A stretch of DNA of 64,000 nt. It comes from an uncultured Actinomycetota bacterium (lineage in GTDB: Bacteria > Actinomycetota > Actinomycetes > Mycobacteriales > Mycobacteriaceae). The translations under genes and the position numbers were made by a program. The number at the start of each line of letters is the position of its first letter. The stretch's first letter is position 1. Positions 35,443 to 45,205 of the stretch are shown in pieces. Under the pieces are notes generated by a model. The model was not told the origin of the DNA. It saw nothing but the letters and a program-made list of their open reading frames with translations, and searched no databases. The stretch lies in assembly GCA_963786995.1 (NCBI GenBank), contig CAWBBH010000001.1, forward strand, positions 110,550 through 174,549. Direction: 5' to 3'.

Positions 35443-37241
35443 ATGAAGTCGATGTTGCTGTCGCGCCGCGACCTGGATTTTCTGCTGTTCGAGTGGTTGC
35501 AGGTCGACGAGCTGACCAAGCGGGAACGCTTCGCCGAGCACTCGCGCGAGACGTTCGACGCGGTACTCGATCTGTGTGAACAACTCGCCGCGCGGTATTT
35601 CGCGCCGCACAACAAGACAAGCGACGCCAACGAGCCGACCTTCGACGGCGAGAAGGTCACGATCATTCCCGAGGTGAAAGAGGCCTGGGACGCGTTCGCG
35701 GAGGCAGATCTCATCCCGATGTCGATGGACCGACGACTCGGCGGTGCGCAGTTGCCCGTCACCGTCGCCCAGGCCGGCTTCGCATGGTTCTCGGCGGCCA
35801 ACGTCGGCACGACCGGCTATCTGATGCTGACCATGGCCAACGCCAACCTGCTGGCCAGGTTCGGCTCGGACGAACTGGTCGAGGCGTATCTACAGCCGAT
35901 GCTGACCGGCCGGTTCTCCGGCACGATGGCGCTGTCCGAGACGCAGGCGGGCTCCTCGCTGGCCGACATCCTCACCCGTGCAGAACCCCAGGACGACGGC
36001 ACCTACCGGCTGTTCGGCTCGAAGATGTGGATTTCCGGCGCCGAACACGAGCTGACCGACAACATCGTCAACCTCGTACTGGCGAAGATCCCCGGCGGTC
36101 CTCCCGGCACCAAAGGGATCTCGCTGTTCGTTGTGCCCAAGTACCTCGTCGACACCGACGGCACGATCGGCGAGCGCAACGACGTTGCGCTGGCAGGCCT
36201 CAACCACAAGATGGGTCAGCGCGGTATCACCAACACGGTGCTCAGCCTCGGCGACGGCACCTTCAGTCCCGGCGGGCAACCCGGTGCCGTCGGCTATCTG
36301 GTCGGCGAAGAGCACCGCGGGATCGCCTACATGTTCACGATGATGAACGAGGCGCGGCTGGGTGTCGGGATGGGTGCGGTGGCACTGGGTTACACGGGCT
36401 ACCTGAAGTCGGTTCAGTACGCCAGGGAACGCCCGCAGGGCCGCCCGGTGACGGCCAAGGATCCGACGGCCCCGCAGGTGCCGATCATCAACCATGCCGA
36501 TGTGAAACGAATGTTGTTGGCGCAGAAGGCGTATGTCGAGGGCGGGATGGCGCTGCTGCTGTACTGCGCGCAGCTCGTCGACGTGCAGCACAGCGCGGAA
36601 ACAGACGACGAACGCGACCATGCCGCGCTGCTGTTGGACATGCTCACGCCGGTGGGCAAGAGCTGGCCGTCGCAGTGGTGCCTGGAGGCCAACAACCTCG
36701 CGATACAGGTGCACGGCGGCTACGGCTACACCCGCGAGTACGACGTCGAACAGCACTATCGCGACAACCGGCTGAACCCCATCCACGAGGGCACGCACGG
36801 CATCCAGAGCCTGGATCTGCTGGGCCGCAAGGTGACCATGCGCGGCGGCGCGGGGCTCGCGGCGCTGGGCGAAAAGATCGGCAGGACGGTGGCGGAGGCC
36901 GGGGCGCTGGGGGGCGATTCCGCCGAACAGTCAGCTGCGCTCGACGCCGCGTGGCAGCGCCTACCGGGGTGACCGCCATGATGTTCGAGTCAGGTGACAT
37001 CGAGGCGGCACTGGCCAACAGCGTGGCGTATCTCGAGGCGTTCGGGCACATCGTCGTCGCGTGGATGTGGCTTCAGCAGGTGGTTGCCGCGCACGGACGC
37101 GAGGGTGATTTCTACGACGGCAAACGACAAGCCGCGCGGTACTTCTTCCGTTACGAACTGCCGAAAACCGGGCCGCAGCTCGACCTTTTGCAGTCACTTG
37201 ACCGCACAACTCTGGAGATGCAGAACGCCTGGTTCGGCTGA
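35443..37241 (+). pseudogene. Acyl-CoA dehydrogenase (long form with extra C-terminal domain), one apparent frameshift near 36960
   Basis: The ATG at 35443 follows GAGGA. It has the ACAD blocks FSGTMALSETQAGSSLADI, RLFGSKMWISGAEH and QVHGGYGYTREYDVEQHYRDNRLNPIHEGTHGIQ. The C-terminal piece AMMFESGDIEAALANSVAYLEAFGHIVVAWMWL is in another frame. Confidence 0.8.
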
Positions 37242-37403
37242 GCGGGATGAGCCAGGCCGTAGCCAGAGGCCTTCAGTAGGCCCATCAAGAGTGCGAGCAC
37301 ACCGTGGCCGGTGTTCTTTGCTCGGTAAAACCATTCGTCGACGCTGGCGAAAACTCGGCGTGGTGTGGGCATGTGGACCCGAATTCACCATTAGTCTGGG
37401 GGA

Positions 37404-39881
37404 ATGCCGGAGCTCCAACCGGTCCTGGGGGTCGTTCGGAAGTTGGCGGGGTGCTGTCTCTTAGCCGGCGTACTGGTGGCCGCGCTGATGTTCCCGTTCG
37501 TCGGCGGCATCGGGCTGTTGTCCAACCGCGCGTCCGACGTCGTTGCCGATGGCTCCGCGCAACTCCTCCAGGGTGAGGTGCCGCAGGTTTCGACGATGGT
37601 CGACGCCGCGGGGAACCCGATCGCGTGGTTGTACTCTCAGCGGCGCTTCGAGGTGCCTTCCGATCAGATAGCCAACACCATGAAGCTTGCGATCGTCTCG
37701 ATCGAGGACAAGCGGTTCACAGAACACAATGGCGTGGACTGGCAAGGCACGTTGACCGGCCTGTCCGGCTACCTCGTCGGGCAACATGAACACCCGAGGC
37801 GGATCGACCATCGAGCAGCAGTACGTCAAGAACTATCCAGTTGCTGGTGACGGCGCAGACCGACGCCGAGAGGCGGGCTGCTGTCGATTGACGCCGGCGC
37901 GCAAGCTTCGCGAGATGCGGATGGCGCTCGACCATCGACAAGACGCTGTCCAAGCCGGAGATCTTGACCCGTTACCTCAACTTGGTGTATTTCGGCAACG
38001 GCGCGTTCGGTGTTCAGGACGCCGCGCAGACGTACTTCGGCATCGATGCGTCGCAGCTCGAACTGGCAGCAGGCTGCGCTGCTGGCCGGGATGGTGCAGT
38101 CGACGAGTTCGCTCGACCCGTACACCAATCCCCAGGCTGCGCTGCAGCGGCGAAATCGTCGTGTTGGACACGATGATCGAGAATCTGCCTGCCGCAAGCC
38201 GACGAGTTCCGTGCCGCCAAAGCCGCAGCCGTTGGGGGTGCTTCCCCAGCCGAAGCAGCTCGCCGGGCGGGTGCATCGCCGCCCGCGAGACACGGATTCT
38301 TCTGTGACTATGTGCTGGAGTACCTCGCGCAGAGCAGGTATCAGTAAGGAGCAGGTCGCACGCGGCGGTTACCTGATCCGCACCACGCTGGACCCCAAGG
38401 TGCAGGCTTCGGTCAAATCAGCGATCGACGGGATAGCCAGTCCGACGCTCGACGGCGTCGCGAGCGTGATGAACGTGATCAAGCCCGGCAAAGACGCCCA
38501 TCGCGTCATGGCGATGGCCAGCAACCGGACGTACGGGCTCAACGGGGAAGCCAACGAGACGGTGCAACAGCAGCCGTTCTCGCTCGTGGGCGACGGGGCC
38601 GGTTCGATCTTCAAGATCTTCACCACAGCCGCGGCACTCGACATGGGCATGGGTATCAATGCCCAATTGCAGGTGCCTGGATTCTTTCAGGCCAAGGGCC
38701 TGGGCAGCAGCGATACTCCGGGCTGTCCGAAGAGAAACCTGGTGTGTGAAGAATGCCGGGAACTACCGCGGGTCGATGAATGTCACCGACGCGCTGGCAA
38801 CCTCACCGAACACCGCTTTCGCCAAGTTGATCCAACAGGTCGGCGTTCCGCGCGCGGTCGACATGGCGGTGCGTCTGGGTCTTCGGTCCTACGCGCTTCC
38901 CGGGACGGCGCGTGCCTACGACCCGACGAGTAACGAGAGTCTGGCCGACTACATCAAGAGACAGAACACCGGGTCGTTCACTTTGGGTCCTTACCAGCTC
39001 AACGCCCTCGAACTGGCGAACGTGGCAGCAACCCTGGCCTCCGGCGGGGTGTGGTGCCCGCCCACGCCGATCGACACGATTTTCGACCGCCATGGCAATG
39101 AGGTGTCATTCGACAGTCAGCCGTGTGACCAGGCAGTCCCCGAGGGGCTTGCCAACACGTTCGCGAACGCGCTGGGCAAAGACGATGTCAGCCCAGGGCA
39201 CGGCGGCGGGTGCGGCCAGTTCGGCAGGTTGGGACCCTGCCGATGTCGGGAAAGACCGGGACCACCGAATCGCATCGATCGTCTGGTTTCGTCGGCTTCA
39301 CCAATCAGTACGCAGCGGCGAACTACATCTTCGCCGACTCCAGCAGTCCGTCCGGCATCTGTTCATTCCCGTTGCGCGAGTGCGGCAGCGGCGACCTGTA
39401 CGGCGGCAATGAGCCCGCCCGTACATGGTTCGAGGCGATGAAGCCGATAGCGACCGATTTCGGCGAAGTGCACCTTCCGCCGACCGATCCGCTCTATGTC
39501 GACGGCGCACCGGGCGGCGAGGTCCCCAATGTGTCACGGCCTCAAGGTGGATGAGGCGCGTCAGCGACTTGCGGATGCGGGCTTCCAGGTCGCCGAGCAG
39601 CCGACATCGGTGAACAGCTCCGCGTCCTACGGAACGGTGGTCGGGACCACGCCGAACGGTCAAACCTTTCCCGGGTCGGTCATCACCATCAACATCAGCA
39701 ACGGGGTAGCGCCCGCGCCTCCGCCGCGTCCCGTGGAGGTGCCACCACCCAACGCCCGGATGGAGGTCCTCCTCCGGAGGTCGGTACGACCGTCGTGGAG
39801 ATACCGGGCTTACCTCCGATCACCGTGCCGCTGCTGGGCCCCCCGCCACCGCCGCCGCCGGGTGAGCCGCCACCGCCCTGA
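37404..39881 (+). pseudogene. Class A penicillin-binding protein (transglycosylase + transpeptidase + C-terminal PASTA domain and Pro-rich tail), at least 10 apparent frameshifts
   Basis: The TM anchor is LAGCCLLAGVLVAALMFPF. The GT51 motifs are IVSIEDKRFTEHNGVD, GGSTIEQQYVKNY, RKLREMRMAL and ILTRYLNLVYFGNGAFGVQDAAQTYFG. The TPase motifs are GSIFKIF, SPNTAF and GKTGTT. The PASTA-like block is GLKVDEARQRLADAGFQVAEQPTSVNSSASYGTVVGTTPNGQ. The segments alternate between frames. Confidence 0.8.
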
Positions 39882-40008
39882 CGCCCGCGGCCGAAAAATG
39901 TGTCCGCCTGGTCGCTAAGGAGCGGATATTTCACCCTTATACGATCGATCAGGTTGCCTTTCAAAGGGATTGGCGGGATCGCAGTGTGCGTGGCGGATGC
40001 GTCCGGCA

Positions 40009-40070
40009 GTGAGCACAATGCGCAAAACCGCGATATCGCTGATTGCGCGGCTTGTGCGCACAAGCGAGCC
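40009..40070 (+). promoter_or_regulatory. Bipartite conserved motif, copy 1 (GTGAGCACAATGCGCAAAACC-N21-CTTGTGCGCACAAGCGAGCC) 31 nt upstream of the MFS gene
   Basis: It is nearly identical to copy 2 at 42848-42910. The second box contains the perfect 14-bp palindrome CTTGTGCGCACAAG. Confidence 0.5.
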
Positions 40071-40100
40071 ACGCCACTCCCTGCCACATAACTTGGCGGC

Positions 40101-41322
40101 ATGGAAACCACCTCCCTCAGCCGCAGGCCCGCATGGGCCGGCTACGCCGAGGATCCTCTGCGTACCGCCGTCTGCTGGCAGCGTTGTTCTGCGCGGGCAT
40201 CGCCACCTTCGCTCAGCTCTACTCACCGCAGGGGGTACTGCCCGAGATTCGGCCAACCTGGGTGTCGGCGCGGCCAGTGCGGCGCTGATGGTGTCGGCGT
40301 GCACGATCGGGCTGGCCGTCGGTGTCGTCCCCTGGTCGGTGATCGCCGACCGGATCGGACGGGTGAAGGCGATGACCATCTCGGTCATCGCGTCAAGCGT
40401 CCTTGGGTCTGCTCACGCCGTTGGCGCCGAGCTTTCATCTGTTGCTCGCCGGACGGCTGTTGGAGGGACTCCTGCTCGGTGGGGTGCCCGCCATCGCGAT
40501 CGCATACCTCACCGAGGAGATCGCTTCTGAGCACGCCGCCGGCGCGGCGGGCACGTTCGTCTCGGGGACGAGTATCGGCGGACTGCTCGGCCGGGTGGTC
40601 GCCGGTCCGATCACCGACGTCGCAACGTGGCGTGTCGGCATGCTCACCGTCGCGGTACTGTGCGCCGCCGCGGCAGCGGCCTTCGTCAAACTCGCTCCTC
40701 AGTCACGCGGTTTCACCCGTCGACCGGGCGGAGCGTCAATCCGGAGGGCACTCTGAGCCACCGCCTCCTCGCCAATCTGCGGTCACCTCGCCAGCTCATA
40801 CTTTTCGCTCAGGGCTTTCTGCTCATGGGTGGGTTTGTGGCCATCTACAACTACCTGGCATTCCGACTGACCGCCGCGCCCTATCACCTGCCGGTGACGG
40901 TGGTCAGCCTGATCTTCTGCGCATACCTGGCGGGCACCTGTGCGTCGACGCTCGCAGGGGCCATGGCCACCCGGTTCGGCCGCAAGGCCGTTCTGCTGAC
41001 ATCGATCGCAATCATGATCACCGGTGTACTGATCACCCTGTGCGGCAATCTTTTTCTGATACTGATCGGACTGGTGGTGGGCACCGTCGGGTTCTTCGGC
41101 GCCCACGCGATCGCCACCGGCTGGGCCGGCCGCGCAGCCACCGTCGGCAAGGCACAGGCCTCATCGCTGTACAACCTGTTCTACTACGCCGGATCCAGCA
41201 TCATCGGCTGGTTCGGTGGTATCGCGTTGGTCCACGCGGGTTGGACCGGCGTCGCATTGACAGTCCTCGTGCTCGCCGGTGTTGCAGCGGCCGCCGCAGC
41301 ATTTGTCCTGCCCCGCAACTGA
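40101..41322 (+). pseudogene. MFS transporter, about 4 apparent frameshifts
   Basis: The hydrophobic blocks are AYRRLLAALFCAGIATFAQLYSPQGVLPEI, GAASAALMVSACTIGLAVGVVPWSVIADRIGR, LLAGRLLEGLLLGGVPAIAIAYLTEEI and the C-terminal half ...GFLLMGGFVAIYNYLAF...GVLITLCGNLFLILIGLVVGTVGFFGAHAIATGW. The blocks lie in different frames. Confidence 0.7.
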
Positions 41323-41364
41323 TTCGCTATATAGTCCGATCCGAGCCACGAGGGAGCCACCACG

Positions 41365-42760
41365 ATGAGCGTTACGTCGAAGCCCGCCGACGGGTTCAGC
41401 CGCGAGGTGATGGCCGCCTACGAGAACTGGAGTTTCTCTAGCCTCCCCGCGTCGGTGGTGGAGCGAATCAAGCTCTTCGTGCTGGACACCCTTGGCGTGA
41501 TCGCCGCCGCCGCTGACGCCCCGGCATTCCGGAGGTCAATCGCCTCCTTCTCGGCTGGGAGGGCGGTGGCCCGTCGACGATGCTCATCGGCAAGGGACGC
41601 GTCGCGCCGCCGACAGCCGCGCTCGCCAACGGCGCAGCCGCGCACGCGCTGGACTTCGACGACAATCACGATCCCGGCCGTGTGCACGCCTACGCCACGA
41701 TCCTGCCCGCGGCCTTGGCGGCGGCGGAGGCGCGGGGCGGCGTGAGCGGGCGCGACTTCATCGCGGCGCTCGCCACCGGCGTCGAGCTGCAGGCGCGCCT
41801 CGGGCTGTCCGCACCCAACAGCATGGCCAAGGGCTGGCACCCGACGACTGTCATGGGCGCGCTCGGTGCGGCGGCCGCGGCCGCGCGGGTGCTCGATCTG
41901 CGCGCTGGGCAGTTCTCCGACGCGGTCGCGCTCGCCTATCACCAGGCGTTGGGCACGCGTCAAGCATTGAACGACGGCGTGCTGGCGAAGCGCCTCGGAG
42001 CGGGGTTCGCTTCGCGCAACGGCACGGCCGCGGCCTTCCTCGCCGAGGCGGGGCTCACGGGGCCGACGCGCTTCCTCGAGGGAGAAGCCGGGCTGTTCCA
42101 ACTCTATGAGCGCGGCGAGGTCCTGCCCGACGCCCTCCTGCAGGATCTGGGCCAGACGTGGGAGATCATGACGCACAGCATGAAGCCGTATCCGTGTTGC
42201 CGATGCACTCATAACGCGATCGCCATCGGTCGAGAGCTGCACCGAGAAGGCTTGAATCCAGCGAACATTCAGAGCGTCGTCATCGGCATGAGTGAAGTGA
42301 ACAACAAGATCGTCGGCGAGCCCTACGACATTGCCAGGGACTCGACGATCCACGCCCAGTTCAACGCCGGCTACTGCTTCGCGGCGGCTCTCATCCACGG
42401 CAAGGTCGATGTGGCGACCTTCCAGCGGCCCCAGATCTCCGATCCCAATTTCAGTGCCTCGCCGCGCGTACGAGCGTCGTGGTCGACGATGCGATCGACG
42501 CGGGCGCCATGGCCCCGACCCGGGTGACCATCCTCTGCAAGGACGGTCGGCGCATCGAACGCTTCCTCGAGTTCATGGAGGGCAGCCCGGAGCAGCCCAT
42601 GACCGACGACGAGGCGATTACCAAGTTCACGAGCTGCCTCGAGATGGGGCTCGGCGCCGCTCCTGCGGTGATCAACTCCCTCGCGGACAAGGTCCTTGAT
42701 CTGGACAACTGCGCGGACATTGCAGATATCGTCGCGCACTTCCCTGCCCTGAACAGCTGA
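41365..42760 (+). pseudogene. MmgE/PrpD family protein (2-methylcitrate dehydratase-like fold), about 2-3 apparent frameshifts
   Basis: The blocks are VVERIKLFVLDTLGVIAAAADAP, ANGAAAHALDFDD, GWHPTTVMGALGAAAAAARVL and MKPYPCCRCTHNAIAIG. The C-terminal piece VVVDDAIDAGAMAPTRVTILCKDGRRIE is in another frame. Confidence 0.75.
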
Positions 42761-42847
42761 CCGCGACGCGTTCAATAGCGCTCAACAGCAAGTCAATTCG
42801 ATATTGACGACGCTGGATCGCGGATACCGACGCGCCATTGGCAGCCG

Positions 42848-42910
42848 GTGAGCACAATGCGCAAAACCTGAGAATCGCGTCATTTCAAAGCTTGTGAGCA
42901 CAAGCGAGCC
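42848..42910 (+). promoter_or_regulatory. Bipartite conserved motif, copy 2 (GTGAGCACAATGCGCAAAACC-N22-CTTGTGAGCACAAGCGAGCC) 80 nt upstream of the ATP-grasp gene
   Basis: Box 1 matches copy 1 at 21/21 nt and box 2 at 19/20 nt. The spacers are unrelated. Confidence 0.5.
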
Positions 42911-42990
42911 TTCTGGACCAGAGATCCGTAATTTCGGATGTGCAAGCAAGACCGAGAACACCAAACACTTACTCACACAGGAGAACTCAA

Positions 42991-44211
42991 ATGACCACCA
43001 CAATCGATCAGATCAAGACCGAAGTCCAGAATGCGCCATCGCTGTACGGCAGGCCGATCGCTGTTCTGCACCAGGCGGTGACACCCCCGTCCTTGAATGG
43101 AGCGGTCAAGCCCTCGAACCCTTTCGGGTACCGGGATTCATCCGCCGACATCGCGAACGCACTGGCGCAGGCAGGCTGTGACGTGCTGACCCCCGCGAGT
43201 GATCCGCGTGCCGATGTCGACGCGGATTGGACCTACCCGGACACGCTCGAGGGAATCGCCCAGGCTGTGGCCGACGGAGCCGAAATTCTGTGGGCCAACA
43301 CCAGCTTGTTCGACGAGCATCCGATGGCCAACTTCGGTTCCAACGACGGGCTCTATGTCGTCGGCCAACCGCTAGACGTCGTCGAGAAGTTCGAAGACAA
43401 GGACGTGTGCCAGGCGGCCATCAGCGCGATCGGCGTCCCGGTGCCCGTGCAAGCCCTCGTCAACGTGGAGAACGGACCGGCGAAAGGTCAAATCGAGAAG
43501 GCAGTTTCGCAGAACGGGCTGACATTCCCGGTCATCGTGAAGCCCGTTCGCGGCCGCGGCAGCGCCGGTGTGAAGGTCGTCGGCTCCGTTGCGGAAGCGG
43601 CAGAGCACATCGAGTCCCATGTCGGACCGAAGTTCGGCAACAAGTTCCTCATCGAGGAGTACCTGGCCGGCAGAGAACTCGCTGTGACAGTGATGCCGCC
43701 GGGAACCTATGAGACGGCTGACGGCATTCACAACGAACCCACCCACTGGACGCTTCCGGCGATCGAGCGGACAGGCCATCACGGCGGCGTGATGCCGTTC
43801 AGCGGAGTGGTGCCGATCCAGTCCAACAGCAAGCCGGCGGGCGACGATGATCAGCTCCGCGAATTCGGCCGGCATGCTGTTCGAGTCGCGCAGTTGCTGA
43901 AGGCCACTGCACCGATCCGCATCGATTGCCGGGCAGACGCCAACGGTGTCATCAAGGCCATCGACATCAACATGAAGCCCAGCATGACGGGCCCGGGCCG
44001 GCCGGGCCGGGAGCAGATGATCAACCTGTCAGCCATGTCGGGCGGCGAGATCGGCTGGAACTACACCGAAATGCTGGCGGCGATCGCGGCCAACGCGGCT
44101 CCGATCCAGCGGATCACGCAGCCGACGTCGCGTGGGCGCTCTATCTCCGCAGGGCACGCTCTCTCCAAGGCATGCGCCGCCAAGCCGTGCATGGCTCTCC
44201 ATGCCGCGTAG
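42991..44211 (+). CDS. ATP-grasp domain protein (carboxylate-amine ligase-like; substrate unknown)
   Basis: The ATG at 42991 follows CAGGAGAAC. It has the ATP-grasp core LTFPVIVKPVRGRGSAGVKVV...KFLIEEYLAGRELAVTVMP...IRIDCRADANGVIKAIDINMKPS. The 406-aa frame is intact. Confidence 0.65.
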   Translation: MTTTIDQIKTEVQNAPSLYGRPIAVLHQAVTPPSLNGAVKPSNPFGYRDSSADIANALAQAGCDVLTPASDPRADVDADWTYPDTLEGIAQAVADGAEILWANTSLFDEHPMANFGSNDGLYVVGQPLDVVEKFEDKDVCQAAISAIGVPVPVQALVNVENGPAKGQIEKAVSQNGLTFPVIVKPVRGRGSAGVKVVGSVAEAAEHIESHVGPKFGNKFLIEEYLAGRELAVTVMPPGTYETADGIHNEPTHWTLPAIERTGHHGGVMPFSGVVPIQSNSKPAGDDDQLREFGRHAVRVAQLLKATAPIRIDCRADANGVIKAIDINMKPSMTGPGRPGREQMINLSAMSGGEIGWNYTEMLAAIAANAAPIQRITQPTSRGRSISAGHALSKACAAKPCMALHAA

Positions 44212-44247
44212 TTGCGACGAGCTGGCAATGACAGCCAACCCGAGACA

Positions 44248-44289
44248 CGAGGGTCCGTATGTGGGTCACAGCCCATATGCGGACCCTCG
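44248..44289. terminator. 18-bp stem-loop between convergent ATP-grasp and VIT1 genes (candidate bidirectional terminator)
   Basis: CGAGGGTCCGTATGTGGG (44248-44265), loop TCACAG, CCCATATGCGGACCCTCG (44272-44289). There are 16 Watson-Crick pairs plus 2 G-U pairs. Confidence 0.5.
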
Positions 44290-44366
44290 TCGTTGTGCGC
44301 ACAAAGCGTCAGAGCGCAACACGGAACGATCAGGACGGTCAATGACCGTGCTCGACCCGGTTGGCG

Positions 44367-45098
44367 TCAGCCGATCGTTACGCCGACGAGATGGCCGATC
44401 GCGAAGGTGATCGCCATGGCCAAAGCGCCGCCCACGGTCACGCGCAGGATTGGGCGTAAAGGGTTTGCGCCACCGAGGCGGGCGGCCGCCCAGCCGGTCA
44501 TCGCCAGCGCGAGAAGCACCACGGCAACGGTGACCCCGATGCGCGTAGACGCGGGCGGGAGAAGAATAGCGATGAGCGGCAGTAGCGCGCCGACGGTGAA
44601 CGACACCGCGGACGACATCGCCGCAAGCCACGGATTGGTCAGCTCTTTCGGATCAATACGCAGCTCGATCTCCGCGTGGGCGGCGAGCGGATCATGAGCA
44701 GTCAGCTCCACGGCGGCCTGCCGCGCGGTCTGCGCGGAGAGCCCTCTTGCCTCGTACAGCGCGGTCAACTCGTCCAGCTCGTCAGCCGGCTGTGACGCCA
44801 GCTCTCGGCCTTCGGTGTCGAGAAGTGCCCGTTCGGTGTCGCGCTGAGTGCTGACAGACACATATTCGCCGACCGCCATCGACAGCGCTCCGGCTGCCAG
44901 TCCCGCGATGCCGGCGGTGAGCACCGGCCCTCGCTCGGCGGTAGCGGCGGCGACGCCGATGACAATGCCGGCCGTCGAGACGATCCCGTCGTTGGCGCCC
45001 AAGACGGCGGCGCGAAGCCAATTGAGTTTGTTGGCGACTGACCCGTGGTGTGGTCGCGTCTTCCCAGGCGCCTCCCCGGGCACCGGCTTCGATGTCAT
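44367..45098 (-). CDS. VIT1/CCC1 family iron/manganese transporter
   Basis: LRAAVLGANDGIVSTAGIVIGVAAA...GALSMAVGEYVSVSTQRD plus C-terminal TM helices are diagnostic of the VIT family. The 243-aa frame is intact. Confidence 0.85.
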   Translation of the reverse strand: MTSKPVPGEAPGKTRPHHGSVANKLNWLRAAVLGANDGIVSTAGIVIGVAAATAERGPVLTAGIAGLAAGALSMAVGEYVSVSTQRDTERALLDTEGRELASQPADELDELTALYEARGLSAQTARQAAVELTAHDPLAAHAEIELRIDPKELTNPWLAAMSSAVSFTVGALLPLIAILLPPASTRIGVTVAVVLLALAMTGWAAARLGGANPLRPILRVTVGGALAMAITFAIGHLVGVTIG

Positions 45099-45205
45099 GT
45101 ATGGAGGCTAGACCGGCCGCTGACGCTTCCGATGATTTACGGCAAAGCGACTTGATCACTCGACAAGGAGGTTTAACCTCCGAGCTAACCCTCCAAGAGA
45201 GTGAT

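Noticed and set aside
42812-42828. Inverted repeat GTCAAT-N5-ATTGAC downstream of the PrpD-like gene, resembling the TGATAT boxes of the betaine island.
   Set aside because: It is a 6-bp half-site with a different spacing and core. It is a single occurrence far from the GntR regulon, so the evidence is insufficient.
45099-45205. Looked for IS elements, integrase, tRNA or direct repeats flanking the TIR/RyR locus as evidence of a mobile island. Also checked 55475-55813.
   Set aside because: I could not recognise any transposase or integrase ORF, tRNA gene or flanking direct repeats by eye. Island status rests only on composition and gene content and is not called as a mobile element.
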